64,000 bases of DNA from Candidatus Micrarchaeia archaeon (lineage in GTDB: Archaea > Micrarchaeota > Micrarchaeia > CABMEP01), in assembly GCA_038881595.1 (NCBI GenBank), contig JAVZPM010000001.1, forward strand, positions 211,562 through 275,561, given 5' to 3'. The notes under the pieces were generated by a model. That model was not told the origin of the DNA and did no database searches. It saw only the letters and a list, made by a program, of their open reading frames with translations. Positions 10,417 to 19,861 of the stretch are shown in pieces. Position numbers and translations under genes: made by a program. Numbering within the stretch: the first letter of the stretch is position 1; each line of letters opens with the position of its first letter.

Positions 10417-13400
10417 ATGAATCATTCGAAAAGGTTTTCATTTTTTCCTTTATCATTCATTCTAATTATCTTTTTCTTTCAATTAACATTTGCAGTATAC
10501 CCAATTATTTCACAAAGTCAAAGAGAGGCAGTTCCAATAAACGAGTCTCTGAGGAGCGTGGAAGGAATTTATTCTGTTTTCCCATTTGTTGACTGTAGTT
10601 TAATACCTGAGAAATATGGTGGATTTGGACATTGTAATAATTTCGTTGCTGATTTTTGCATAGATAACCAGTTTCATTTAAGTCAAAGTATTGTTCCTCT
10701 AACTTCTGAAGAAAGAATTGCAATGAAGAGCATAATAGCAAAATTAGAATCAGCGGATAATGCAGTTGTCTCTATGAAAAATAAACTTCTTAATCTTCTT
10801 GTTAAGAAAAACTGCACATATCAAATATTACTCTACGTTCCTTACGCTACGATATCGAATATAGTCGGAATATTACCTTCTATGGACTATGAAGGATTTA
10901 AGAGATCTCCAATTAAATTAAGTAGTTTTGTGGTTAAAGTAGAATTAAAATGCGAGGGAGTAGATATACCTATTTTCTCGAACCTTGTTGATTTTGTAGT
11001 AGATATTATTACCAGTTTTGACAGATATTTAGAGCTTCAGGCTGCAGCCTATGAAAATTCAGGAGAGGCATTGAATGAATTGTTTAATCTTGTTATTCAA
11101 CAAGCAGATTCTCTTTATTATGAAGGTGCAGGATATTCGAATTACTCAACTTCAGCCTATAAATTCTATAATGAAAAGATAAAGTCATTCATCTATAAAT
11201 CTAACCAAAATCAGATCGAGCCAACACAATCTGATTTGAATTCTCGAGATTTCTCCTCATACTTTATATATGTGAGAAACGTTAGTAAGAAAGTAAGCTT
11301 AGAACGAGTGAACAAGCTTTCAAACTGTGAAATTGCAGTAATGTCATCTCCTCAATATATTGTAGCATTTAATTACTTAATAGATCTATATAGAGAGATT
11401 CAAGAAGCAAGGGCTACTTTAAGGTCGGATTATGATGTAGCAAAGTCGGAAGCAACACAGAAATTCATTGATGCACAGACAAGATACAACATTCTAATGA
11501 ATGAGAAATATTGGCTTATCAATCAATCGATAGTAGCTTATGCATTAAACGCATCCCAAGAAACAACAATGCAAGAAGGATTGGTGATACCTTCAGATTC
11601 TTTACTGCAAATTAAAGAACTATTGTACGGTTCAGGTTCGTCTACAAGTGTGAAGAATCTTTTAGATTCAGCAAACAAGGATACAGAAAATCAAGTAATA
11701 TTCTATTATTCAAAAGGCATCGAAAAGTTTAGGAAAGCAACAGAACTATCAAAATTTGCAATCAACAACTCATACAAAATAGAGACAGAATCCGATAATG
11801 TTCTAATTTCACTTAATGAAAAAGTAAGGTACAAACTTGAAAATGCATATAACAGTCTATCTAAATATCCAGTTTATGATGTCACATCAGCTTCAGCTTA
11901 TGATTTGTTGAATAATAAATATCAAACAGCATACTCAATATATAATAATTATAATCCATCAAATACAACTAAAGGAGAAAGAATAGTTCACCTATATAAT
12001 GCAGCATTAACGCTTGATGAAGTAATATCATTTGCTTCTATAAAGTCATCAGATATCATAGAATTAAAAAAGAAATCGTTTAAAGAGGCATTAGATGAGT
12101 TAAATTTAACTATAAAGAAAGCACAAATAGATGAAATCGATATTACAGCTGAACTCCAATTATTAAATTCTAAGGCTTTACTTTTAGGAATGAATATCAA
12201 TAATATTTCATTTCTAGAAGATTCATTAAAGGCTCTTATTCAAGCAAAAGAAGATATATATTCGAGAGCAGAATCAGTATATTCAGATATTCCGTCACTT
12301 AGGTCAAGAATTTATTCAATAATTAATTCTATTTCACCATACATTAATACATATCAATACAAAAACGTGATTGATCAAATAGATAGAATGTATTTTATAG
12401 ATAACAGTTTTAATCCAAAGAGATGTCTTGGAAACTATAAATCAATCAAAAACAATTATTCTGCTGTTTTGGAAGATCTTAATAAAAATGCAGCTTCATT
12501 ACTTTCAATATATTTGTCAAACAAATATAGTGCAAGGACATTATTTGATACAACACCACAAGTTGATTCTTATACAAATATAACTACATATTTAGAGATA
12601 AAGAATGATTTATCCTTAAGTACTAATTCTCAAGTTGTTGTTCAGGTAAGAGGTATTCCATATGAAGTAAATAGTATTATCGAGTCAGAAATTCCAGGTA
12701 TATATGCGATAAAGAATAAAGATTATGTTTCTATTTATTTCCCAAGTATAAATAAAACTACTAGTTATCTTTTGAAAATAAAATCATATGTCAAGCCCTC
12801 CATTTTAACTTCAAAGAAAACTGAAAGGTTAGTTCTTACAAATGAAAGATTGACAGAAAAAATTACATACGAAATTGATTCTATTTACGACATTGATTCA
12901 TTGATTTTAACAGACAATTATTGGGCTGACGAATGTTCCGTTTTTATGAATAATAGAATGCAAACTGTAAGATCTTATTCTAATCTGTCTATTTCACTTT
13001 CAAATGTAAAAACAGGTAAACAAGTAATTTATGCAACCTGTACTAAGAACAATCCAATTACATATTCTACATCTGGGTTTACAAGTTCTGATAACAAAAT
13101 TTCATATACTTTACAAATAAAGAGTAATTACGAGGATTTAAGTGATGTTGATTATGTATTAGAAATAATGGGTTCTGCAGATGAAATTCAGTCCGATAGT
13201 ATACGTGTTTATGATTCTAAAGGCCAAATAACAAAGAACTTTCAATTTTATAGATCTGGTGATAAATATTATGCAAAGTGGTTTATCCCGATACTTTCAT
13301 CAGAGTATCAGAATTATACTGTTTCATATCTAACAACAGATATTGTTTCTTACTATTCAAAACTAAAAAGTGAGATAGAGAATATTTCAACGTCTGAGTC

Positions 13401-14694
13401 TATAGATATTTCTTCTTATATTAGAGACGCAGTTTATCGTGCAAGTAGAGGAAAATATGATGAAGCAATAAATTCTCTCGACAAGGCAAAGAAAGAAATA
13501 TCTCAAGTTAGAGTTCAACGTTCAGAGAACGCATCACTTACAGAGAGACTTGATAAGTTAAGCAATCATATTTTGCAACTTAAAAACAAATCAAATGAGA
13601 TTTATGCAATAGCAACAAATCTTTCTTTATCTGATATAAATGTAGAAGTTGCAAAACAAATATCAGAATTTGAGGTTGATTCACAATTAGCAAGAAATTA
13701 TCTATTGAAAGGGGACGTTGCTAATGCAAAATCATTAATCTCTAAGCTTGAAAAATTGGTTTCGTCTACAAAGGTCGATAATTCAATCTATACAAAGGAA
13801 AAGAAAATTTTAGATTCTCTAACTCAAACAGAAAGGAAGGTTGTAAATATAGGTAAATTTATAGACATTTCTTCACAAGTAGAGAAGCTTAACAAAATAA
13901 AATCTTCTATTTCATTGATAGAACCTGCAGTAGCAGTCCAAGATTATTATACTGCATTAATAAATCTTAATAATGCCTTTAATTTAATTAATGAAATAAA
14001 TTCAAATATTGAAAACAGTTCTATTCAAATAAATGCACAACTTGAAGCTAAATTAAAAATTTCAAAAGAAGTTCTGGATAAATGGAAAAAGAACAAGAAA
14101 ATTATTCTTATTGCGTTTTCTATAGATAAAAATTCACCTATAAAATCCATTCCAGAACCAATAAATGAGATATTAAATAAAATAAACATTACCGATTCGA
14201 TGGTAAACGAGCTTAATATATTATATTCGAAACTTAATGGATATAAATTAGATGAGAGAATAAGTAATATTGCTGAATTCGATGAATTAGATTCAAAGAC
14301 AGATAAAATACAAAAAGATATTGAATATTATGGCAAACTAGTAGATCAATATAAGAGTGCATCGAATGAAATAATAAAAGATGCAGGTTTACTCCTTGAA
14401 GAAAAGCTAAATAAAGGTTCTGCAAATGAAAAGAAGAAAGCTATAGATCTACAGCCAGTTCTTTCTTCTGCAAAGGAATTATATTCTACAGGAATGTATC
14501 TAAATTCAATGATGTTAACTCAATATGTAAGAGACGAGCTAATTTCAATTCCATCAAGTGAAGCAACTATAGATTTAACATTATTGATATATTTTGGTAT
14601 AGTAATTATTACAATAGCGATTATATTAAAGATAATATCAAAAAAAGAACCACCAAAGATAGAACGAAAGATAGAAAAAATTAAACTAGATTAA
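10417..14694 (+). CDS. large secreted, C-terminally membrane-anchored protein (helical and beta-rich domains)
   Basis: 1425-aa ORF with an N-terminal signal peptide (…LTFA/V), a C-terminal TM helix (LLIYFGIVIITIAIIL) and a basic tail. Confidence 0.75.
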   Translation: MNHSKRFSFFPLSFILIIFFFQLTFAVYPIISQSQREAVPINESLRSVEGIYSVFPFVDCSLIPEKYGGFGHCNNFVADFCIDNQFHLSQSIVPLTSEERIAMKSIIAKLESADNAVVSMKNKLLNLLVKKNCTYQILLYVPYATISNIVGILPSMDYEGFKRSPIKLSSFVVKVELKCEGVDIPIFSNLVDFVVDIITSFDRYLELQAAAYENSGEALNELFNLVIQQADSLYYEGAGYSNYSTSAYKFYNEKIKSFIYKSNQNQIEPTQSDLNSRDFSSYFIYVRNVSKKVSLERVNKLSNCEIAVMSSPQYIVAFNYLIDLYREIQEARATLRSDYDVAKSEATQKFIDAQTRYNILMNEKYWLINQSIVAYALNASQETTMQEGLVIPSDSLLQIKELLYGSGSSTSVKNLLDSANKDTENQVIFYYSKGIEKFRKATELSKFAINNSYKIETESDNVLISLNEKVRYKLENAYNSLSKYPVYDVTSASAYDLLNNKYQTAYSIYNNYNPSNTTKGERIVHLYNAALTLDEVISFASIKSSDIIELKKKSFKEALDELNLTIKKAQIDEIDITAELQLLNSKALLLGMNINNISFLEDSLKALIQAKEDIYSRAESVYSDIPSLRSRIYSIINSISPYINTYQYKNVIDQIDRMYFIDNSFNPKRCLGNYKSIKNNYSAVLEDLNKNAASLLSIYLSNKYSARTLFDTTPQVDSYTNITTYLEIKNDLSLSTNSQVVVQVRGIPYEVNSIIESEIPGIYAIKNKDYVSIYFPSINKTTSYLLKIKSYVKPSILTSKKTERLVLTNERLTEKITYEIDSIYDIDSLILTDNYWADECSVFMNNRMQTVRSYSNLSISLSNVKTGKQVIYATCTKNNPITYSTSGFTSSDNKISYTLQIKSNYEDLSDVDYVLEIMGSADEIQSDSIRVYDSKGQITKNFQFYRSGDKYYAKWFIPILSSEYQNYTVSYLTTDIVSYYSKLKSEIENISTSESIDISSYIRDAVYRASRGKYDEAINSLDKAKKEISQVRVQRSENASLTERLDKLSNHILQLKNKSNEIYAIATNLSLSDINVEVAKQISEFEVDSQLARNYLLKGDVANAKSLISKLEKLVSSTKVDNSIYTKEKKILDSLTQTERKVVNIGKFIDISSQVEKLNKIKSSISLIEPAVAVQDYYTALINLNNAFNLINEINSNIENSSIQINAQLEAKLKISKEVLDKWKKNKKIILIAFSIDKNSPIKSIPEPINEILNKINITDSMVNELNILYSKLNGYKLDERISNIAEFDELDSKTDKIQKDIEYYGKLVDQYKSASNEIIKDAGLLLEEKLNKGSANEKKKAIDLQPVLSSAKELYSTGMYLNSMMLTQYVRDELISIPSSEATIDLTLLIYFGIVIITIAIILKIISKKEPPKIERKIEKIKLD

Positions 14695-14731
14695 ATTTAC
14701 ATACAAAAATAAAAAAATAAGATTAAAAAAG

Positions 14732-14899
14732 TTAGTAGTCTTCGTCTTCGTATTCTTCCTCTTCATCTACCCAATCATCCTCGAATTCTTCCTCTTCATC
14801 TAGTTCTTCTTCTTCATCTTCATCCTCGAATTCTTCCTCTTCATCTAGTTCTTCTTCTTCATCTTCTTCCTCTAGTTTCTTAGGATTTCCTTTTGGCAT
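14732..14899 (-). CDS. highly acidic 55-aa microprotein
   Basis: Manual translation MPKGNPKKLEEEDEEEELDEEEEFEDEDEEEELDEEEEFEDDWVDEEEEYEDEDY*; GGTGA-GAGT-ATG ribosome-binding site; internal 45-bp tandem duplication. Confidence 0.8.
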   Translation of the reverse strand: MPKGNPKKLEEEDEEEELDEEEEFEDEDEEEELDEEEEFEDDWVDEEEEYEDEDY

Positions 14900-15007
14900 A
14901 CTCTCACCTTGTAAGGTAAAATATCTGTGGTATATACATAATTAAGTATTAAAAATCTTTTTAATTTCACCAATCATTTATATGCTTTAATTAATCGATT
15001 TTATATA

Positions 15008-15517
15008 TTACATTTTGATAGAATTTAATTTTATGTAGTCAACCTTTTTATTTTCTCTTACAATTGCAATAATAAGATTCTTTTTAGCAATTTGAGCAAT
15101 TCTTAGTAATCTATATATCTCTAATATAGTAATCTTTTCTCTATCGGAAATCACTTCTATCAAGAAACTACTCTTCCCTTCTCCAGGTCTTATACCTTTC
15201 TCATAGGCCCTTAAATGTGTTCCAAATATATATCCAGATTTTAGTATATATCCTTTTTCTCTAAGGTCTGAATAGACAGTATATTTAATATCAATATCCT
15301 TTTCTTTTTTTCTAAATTCTTTCATTAATTCTTTAAATTCAATTTTTTTATTTTTAGATTCAACCATTATTCTCTTATTTTCTAACAAATACAGTGCTTC
15401 ATATGGGGAAAGAATAAGTCTTTGTTCTTTGTCAAGAGTTCCATATCCTCTTTCCGTTAATAATTTAATCATTTTAGGATCTTCTTCAACAACAAAATTT
15501 TCTAGCAGATAAGCCAT
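15008..15517 (-). CDS. endA: tRNA-splicing endonuclease subunit (probably structural/non-catalytic)
   Basis: LSPYEALYLLE, YTVYSDLREKGYILKSG..FG..LRAY and AKKNLIIAIV motifs; the catalytic His position reads GKSS. Confidence 0.85.
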   Translation of the reverse strand: MAYLLENFVVEEDPKMIKLLTERGYGTLDKEQRLILSPYEALYLLENKRIMVESKNKKIEFKELMKEFRKKEKDIDIKYTVYSDLREKGYILKSGYIFGTHLRAYEKGIRPGEGKSSFLIEVISDREKITILEIYRLLRIAQIAKKNLIIAIVRENKKVDYIKLNSIKM

Positions 15518-15612
15518 AAAATCACACACCTTATTTAAAAGTCTGTGAACATTATAATCATCGTATATTAAGCTTTATAAATTTCTCTGATAAAATATAT
15601 TCGGTGATACTA

Positions 15613-15999
15613 ATGGCAGAAGAAATGAAAGAGGAGATTAAAGAAGCAGTTGAAGGAGAGGCAGAAATTGCTCCAGAAGAAGATGAGAGACTTCCTTTCC
15701 CAACCGCGAGAGTTGTAAGAATATTAAAAGAAAACATGACAAAACCACATCAGATAAGAGCAGAAGTAAAAATAGCAGCCAATGAATTTCTCGGTGAAAT
15801 CCTAAAAGATATTGCAAAAGAAATGGATAAGGAAGAGGTTTTCACGCTTTCAACCGAGCACTTTAACAAGGCAATAAAGAAGTATAAAATGATAGAATAC
15901 CAACAAAAGAGGATTGAAAGAATAAAGAAACTTCTTGAGAAACAGAAGGCAGAAGTAGAAGAAGTAATAATAGAGATTGATCTTTCAAGAGATCTCTAA
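15613..15999 (+). CDS. histone-fold protein with acidic N-terminus and coiled-coil C-terminus
   Basis: LPFPTARVVRILKE...IRAEVKIAANEFLGEILKDIA...TLSTEHF resembles the histone/CBF-NFY fold. Confidence 0.7.
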   Translation: MAEEMKEEIKEAVEGEAEIAPEEDERLPFPTARVVRILKENMTKPHQIRAEVKIAANEFLGEILKDIAKEMDKEEVFTLSTEHFNKAIKKYKMIEYQQKRIERIKKLLEKQKAEVEEVIIEIDLSRDL

Positions 16000-16038
16000 A
16001 TTATAATTCTTTTTCATTTTCTTTTATTTAGTGGTTAA

Positions 16039-17439
16039 ATGGCAGAAGAGAGAAAAAAAGACTACAGCTTTGAATTACTAGGCGCGTTAGTTCTTTTTCT
16101 TCTCTTAGCCCTACTCTGCTATTTTCATGTTATATGTCCTCTTCCTTCTTGTCCAGAAGGATTAGTTCAGTGCAATAACTGTCCTGGAAATTGCTGTTTG
16201 CCAGATGGTAGTTGTCCGTGTCCAGCCGGTTCAGTCCCATGCAGTACATATTGTCCTCAAACAATAAACTGCCCAAGCGGATGCTGCAACATAGATACAT
16301 GTGCATGTACTGCAACTCCACAATGTCCACCGAATACAGTTTGGAGTGAATCAAGAGGATGCTGTCTGTTTATTTCCGGTCCAAATGCAGGTAAGTGTGC
16401 AGAGATATGCAATGTTGATCCAAAAAGAGTGAAATGTCCTTTAAGAGGACTAGACGCTTGTGATTCAAACAACTGCTGTCCATTAGGCTCATTAGGATGG
16501 GATGATTCTCAAAAATGTTGTGTAGATGCGTTAGGGACATGCATTCTAAGTTGCCTGATTGACAATACAAGAACCGGTTGTCCAACTCCAGGTATAGGGG
16601 GATGTGATGCAACAAGCTGTTGTCCAAAGGATACATATTGGGACAGCCAGAAAGAATGTTGCATTTATGAAAATGGATTCTGCTATGGAGATCCCTGTGC
16701 AAATGTTCAATGTCCACCAGAGCAAGTTTGTATAAATGGAAGTTGCAAACTTCAAGTCAATCTATGTGAAGGGGTTTTTTGCAATGAAGGCCAAATTTGC
16801 GATCCTTCAACTGGTTTATGTTCAGATCCATGTAAAAATGTATTCTGTCCAGCTGGCCAAATATGTATTAATGGAAAGTGTGAAATCGATCAATGTTACA
16901 ATGTTCAATGTCCAGAAGGCCATGTTTGCATAAATGGAAATTGTATATACCAATGTGAAGGAAAGATATGTCCAGCAGGCCAAGAGTGTGATCCAGCGAC
17001 TGGAATCTGCCGAGATAAAAAGTGCAGTTCAGCAACCCAATGCAAAATCTGTGATTTGGGACTTGGTGTTTGTGGAGGGATTCCAGGTTCGAGGCAATGC
17101 TCATCAGATGATAATTGCAAGAATGTTGAATGCCTGGCTTCAGGTACGTGTGGTGTAAGCGGAGGGACTGGTGGAAATGGGGGGGAAGGTTCTAATTTAG
17201 TTAGTTGCAATTATAAAGGGCCATATAGTGCCTGTCCTTCAGACATAATATGTTCGATTGGATGTGCAGAAGGGATAAAATGTGCAGATCCACGTCTTCC
17301 TGAGGGTGAGTGCAAAGGAGTGGGAGAAACATGCAGTAGCTCAACAGAATGCTGCTGTGGAAACAGTTGTCAGATTGTAAACGGGCAAGGATTCTGCTGT
17401 CCAGGTGGATTATGGCAATGCGGCTATCAATTTGACTAA
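16039..17439 (+). CDS. N-terminally anchored cysteine-rich repeat surface protein
   Basis: TM helix at the N-terminus; ~78 Cys in 466 aa (hand count); repeats such as DPCxNVxCPxGQxCINGxC. Confidence 0.8.
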   Translation: MAEERKKDYSFELLGALVLFLLLALLCYFHVICPLPSCPEGLVQCNNCPGNCCLPDGSCPCPAGSVPCSTYCPQTINCPSGCCNIDTCACTATPQCPPNTVWSESRGCCLFISGPNAGKCAEICNVDPKRVKCPLRGLDACDSNNCCPLGSLGWDDSQKCCVDALGTCILSCLIDNTRTGCPTPGIGGCDATSCCPKDTYWDSQKECCIYENGFCYGDPCANVQCPPEQVCINGSCKLQVNLCEGVFCNEGQICDPSTGLCSDPCKNVFCPAGQICINGKCEIDQCYNVQCPEGHVCINGNCIYQCEGKICPAGQECDPATGICRDKKCSSATQCKICDLGLGVCGGIPGSRQCSSDDNCKNVECLASGTCGVSGGTGGNGGEGSNLVSCNYKGPYSACPSDIICSIGCAEGIKCADPRLPEGECKGVGETCSSSTECCCGNSCQIVNGQGFCCPGGLWQCGYQFD

Positions 17440-17498
17440 TACAGAGCTGTCTTTGTTAATAAAAAGTAATTAATTTAATATTATAATTTTAATTATTT

Positions 17499-18809
17499 TT
17501 AGTTATTTTCTGACATTATTCTTTTAATTATATAATCCTTGTCAAATGGGATTAAGTCATCGTATTCTTGTCCTATACCTATAAATAATATAGGAACTCC
17601 AGTTGCCTTCTTTACAGATATTATGGTTCCGCCTTTTACATCAACATCTAATTTTGTAAGTATAACTCCATCAATTTTTATTGCTTCATTAAACTCTGAA
17701 ACCTGGATAAGTAATGCATTTCCTGCTATTCCTTCCCCTACAAAAACTTTCATATTAGGAGAAACAACTCTTTCTATTTTTTTAAGTTGCTCAATTAAAT
17801 TTCTATTAGTTTCTTGCCTTCCTGCGCTATCTATTAAAACAACATCAAGACCTTTTGCCTCAGCATACTTAACTGCATCAAATGCAACTGCAGCAGGGTC
17901 AGACCCATAGTCGTGCTTTATATAAGGGATTTCAAGCCTCTTTGCATGCTCAATTGTCTGCTCTATAGCTGCGGCCCTGAATGTATCTGAAGCAGAGATA
18001 ACGCAATTTAGGCCGTTTTTCTTAAAGTAATGTGCTACTTTTGCTATAGTCGTAGTTTTCCCTGCTCCATTTGGCCCTATAAACAGTATTTTATATGGTT
18101 TTCCAGTTGTTTGTTTGTACCTTTTTACCTCATTTATAAGATCAATTCTTTCTTGTTCTATTACCTTTTCTATTGATTCGTAAATAGAATCTAGTATGTA
18201 TGATTCGATACTGCTTGATTTAACACTTTTTCCAACGAGCCTATTTCTTAGATCGCTGATTATTTCCTCTGCAACAGGAAGGGCTACATCAGCTGTCAAA
18301 AGCTGCATTTCAAAATCCTCAAGCGCTGTTTTTACATCATTCTCTTTTATTGTAACTTCTGGAGCTATCATAGACTTTACTTTTGTGAGAAAAGTAGTCT
18401 TAACCTTTATTTCCGCTTCCTTTAAATCTGACTGGAGAGGTTTTCCTTTTTTCATTTCTTCTTTAATTTCACCTTTCTCTAAAATCGTGCTTTCTTTCTG
18501 GAGTTTTTCCATCTTTTTTTCCATTTCTTCTTTTTTAACTTGTTTTTCAGCAGGTTTTGTACCTATATCCTCTTTTAACATGTTTTTATTTTCTTTTTCA
18601 ACATCTTGTTCTGGAACTGGAACAGGTTTTTCATGCTTAATTTCACTTGTCTTTTGAAGGGTTTCAAGAGTAGCGACTTCTTCAGTTTTCTTTTTTTCGC
18701 TTATTTCTTCTTTTATTTCTTCTGCTTTTTTCTCTTCTTTTTCACCAGAAATAGATTTTGTAATAGTATCAACTAAACCAGTGATTTTCTTTTTTAAAAT
18801 TCCAAACAT
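17499..18809 (-). CDS. ftsY: signal recognition particle receptor FtsY
   Basis: GPNGAGKTTT, SDTFRAAAIEQ, DSAGRQ and TKLD motifs; charged N-terminal region. Confidence 0.97.
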   Translation of the reverse strand: MFGILKKKITGLVDTITKSISGEKEEKKAEEIKEEISEKKKTEEVATLETLQKTSEIKHEKPVPVPEQDVEKENKNMLKEDIGTKPAEKQVKKEEMEKKMEKLQKESTILEKGEIKEEMKKGKPLQSDLKEAEIKVKTTFLTKVKSMIAPEVTIKENDVKTALEDFEMQLLTADVALPVAEEIISDLRNRLVGKSVKSSSIESYILDSIYESIEKVIEQERIDLINEVKRYKQTTGKPYKILFIGPNGAGKTTTIAKVAHYFKKNGLNCVISASDTFRAAAIEQTIEHAKRLEIPYIKHDYGSDPAAVAFDAVKYAEAKGLDVVLIDSAGRQETNRNLIEQLKKIERVVSPNMKVFVGEGIAGNALLIQVSEFNEAIKIDGVILTKLDVDVKGGTIISVKKATGVPILFIGIGQEYDDLIPFDKDYIIKRIMSENN

Positions 18810-18860
18810 AAAATCACTGACTTTAATAAGCAAATATTGATAATTAATTTATAAATAAAG

Positions 18861-19280
18861 TTATTCACTTTCTTTTTTTTCTGCCATTATTCTTCTCGCT
18901 TCTATGTCTATCTCTTTAAGTCTATTTGATATTGCTTCCATACTCTTTATCAGATCATTCTTTGCTTCATCTAATTCTTTTTTCTTTCCTTCTAGGAATT
19001 TGATAGCATCTTCAACACTTGTTTCTGTAAATACGTTTGCACCTACATTCATAAGTAGTTTATTTGTTTCTTTAAGTTCTCCTTTAATAAATATACCTGA
19101 ACCTATGTTAAACAATGTAAGATTATTCTCTTTAAGTGCTCTGAGCGCTTCTATTGTTTTATTTATTTCTGCTTCTACTTGTGCTATTGCCCTCATTTGA
19201 TTTTCTATTTCACGGGCATAATGTTGATGATATGAAGCTTCAGCAGCGAGCTGTTCAAATTGTTCTTCTAAACTTACCAT
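18861..19280 (-). CDS. pfdA: prefoldin alpha subunit
   Basis: Coiled coils flanking IGSGIFIKG...LMNVGANVF hairpins; conserved position before ftsY. Confidence 0.92.
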   Translation of the reverse strand: MVSLEEQFEQLAAEASYHQHYAREIENQMRAIAQVEAEINKTIEALRALKENNLTLFNIGSGIFIKGELKETNKLLMNVGANVFTETSVEDAIKFLEGKKKELDEAKNDLIKSMEAISNRLKEIDIEARRIMAEKKESE

Positions 19281-19292
19281 AAAATCACTAGT

Positions 19293-19466
19293 TCACATAT
19301 TTTCTACTTTTTCTATTATAATATCTTTTCTTCTTAAGCCATGATCATTTCCCATAATTGAATACAATTTATGAATTGCAAATTTCTCGCTTTCAGCTTC
19401 TATTATCTTGCTAAATTTTTGTTCTTTATTTTTCATTTTTATCTTTCCGATTATCCTGAATTTCAT
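19293..19466 (-). CDS. rpl18a: 50S ribosomal protein L18Ae (LX)
   Basis: FSKIIEAESEKFAIHKLYSIMGNDHGLRRKDIII; conserved operon position. Confidence 0.9.
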   Translation of the reverse strand: MKFRIIGKIKMKNKEQKFSKIIEAESEKFAIHKLYSIMGNDHGLRRKDIIIEKVENM

Positions 19467-19500
19467 GTCATTCACCTTTTTGTTATATTCGATAAATATA

Positions 19501-19845
19501 TTAATGAACTTTCAATCCATTTTCAGTTTTTTCACTTGTAGTGATAAGTATTATCTTTCCTTCTGAATTTTCAACAGCTAAAAGCATTCCATTAGATTCA
19601 ACACCTCTAATCTTTCTAGGTTCTAGATTCGCCATAATAATTATTTGTTTTCCTATTATTTCTTCTGGTTTATACATATTTGCTATTCCTGCAACGAGCT
19701 GTCTTTGTTCGTATCCTAAGTCTATTTTCAATTTCAATAATTTGTCTGAGCCTTCTATCTTTTCAGCTTCTAATACAGTTGCAGTTCTTAGATCGATTTT
19801 TAAAAAAGTATTGTAATCAATTTTTTCTGAAATATTTTGTTCCAA
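19501..19845 (-). CDS. free-standing tRNA-binding OB-fold protein (Trbp111/CsaA/MetRS C-terminal domain)
   Basis: DLRTATVLEAEKIEGSDKLLKLKIDLG...NLEPRKIRGVESNGMLLA; TTG start after GGTGA. Confidence 0.9.
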   Translation of the reverse strand: MEQNISEKIDYNTFLKIDLRTATVLEAEKIEGSDKLLKLKIDLGYEQRQLVAGIANMYKPEEIIGKQIIIMANLEPRKIRGVESNGMLLAVENSEGKIILITTSEKTENGLKVH

Positions 19846-19861
19846 ATTATCACCATTAAGC

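Noticed and set aside
14775..14866. 45-bp tandem repeat as a CRISPR or non-coding repeat
   Set aside because: No spacers; the in-frame duplication lies within the acidic microprotein.
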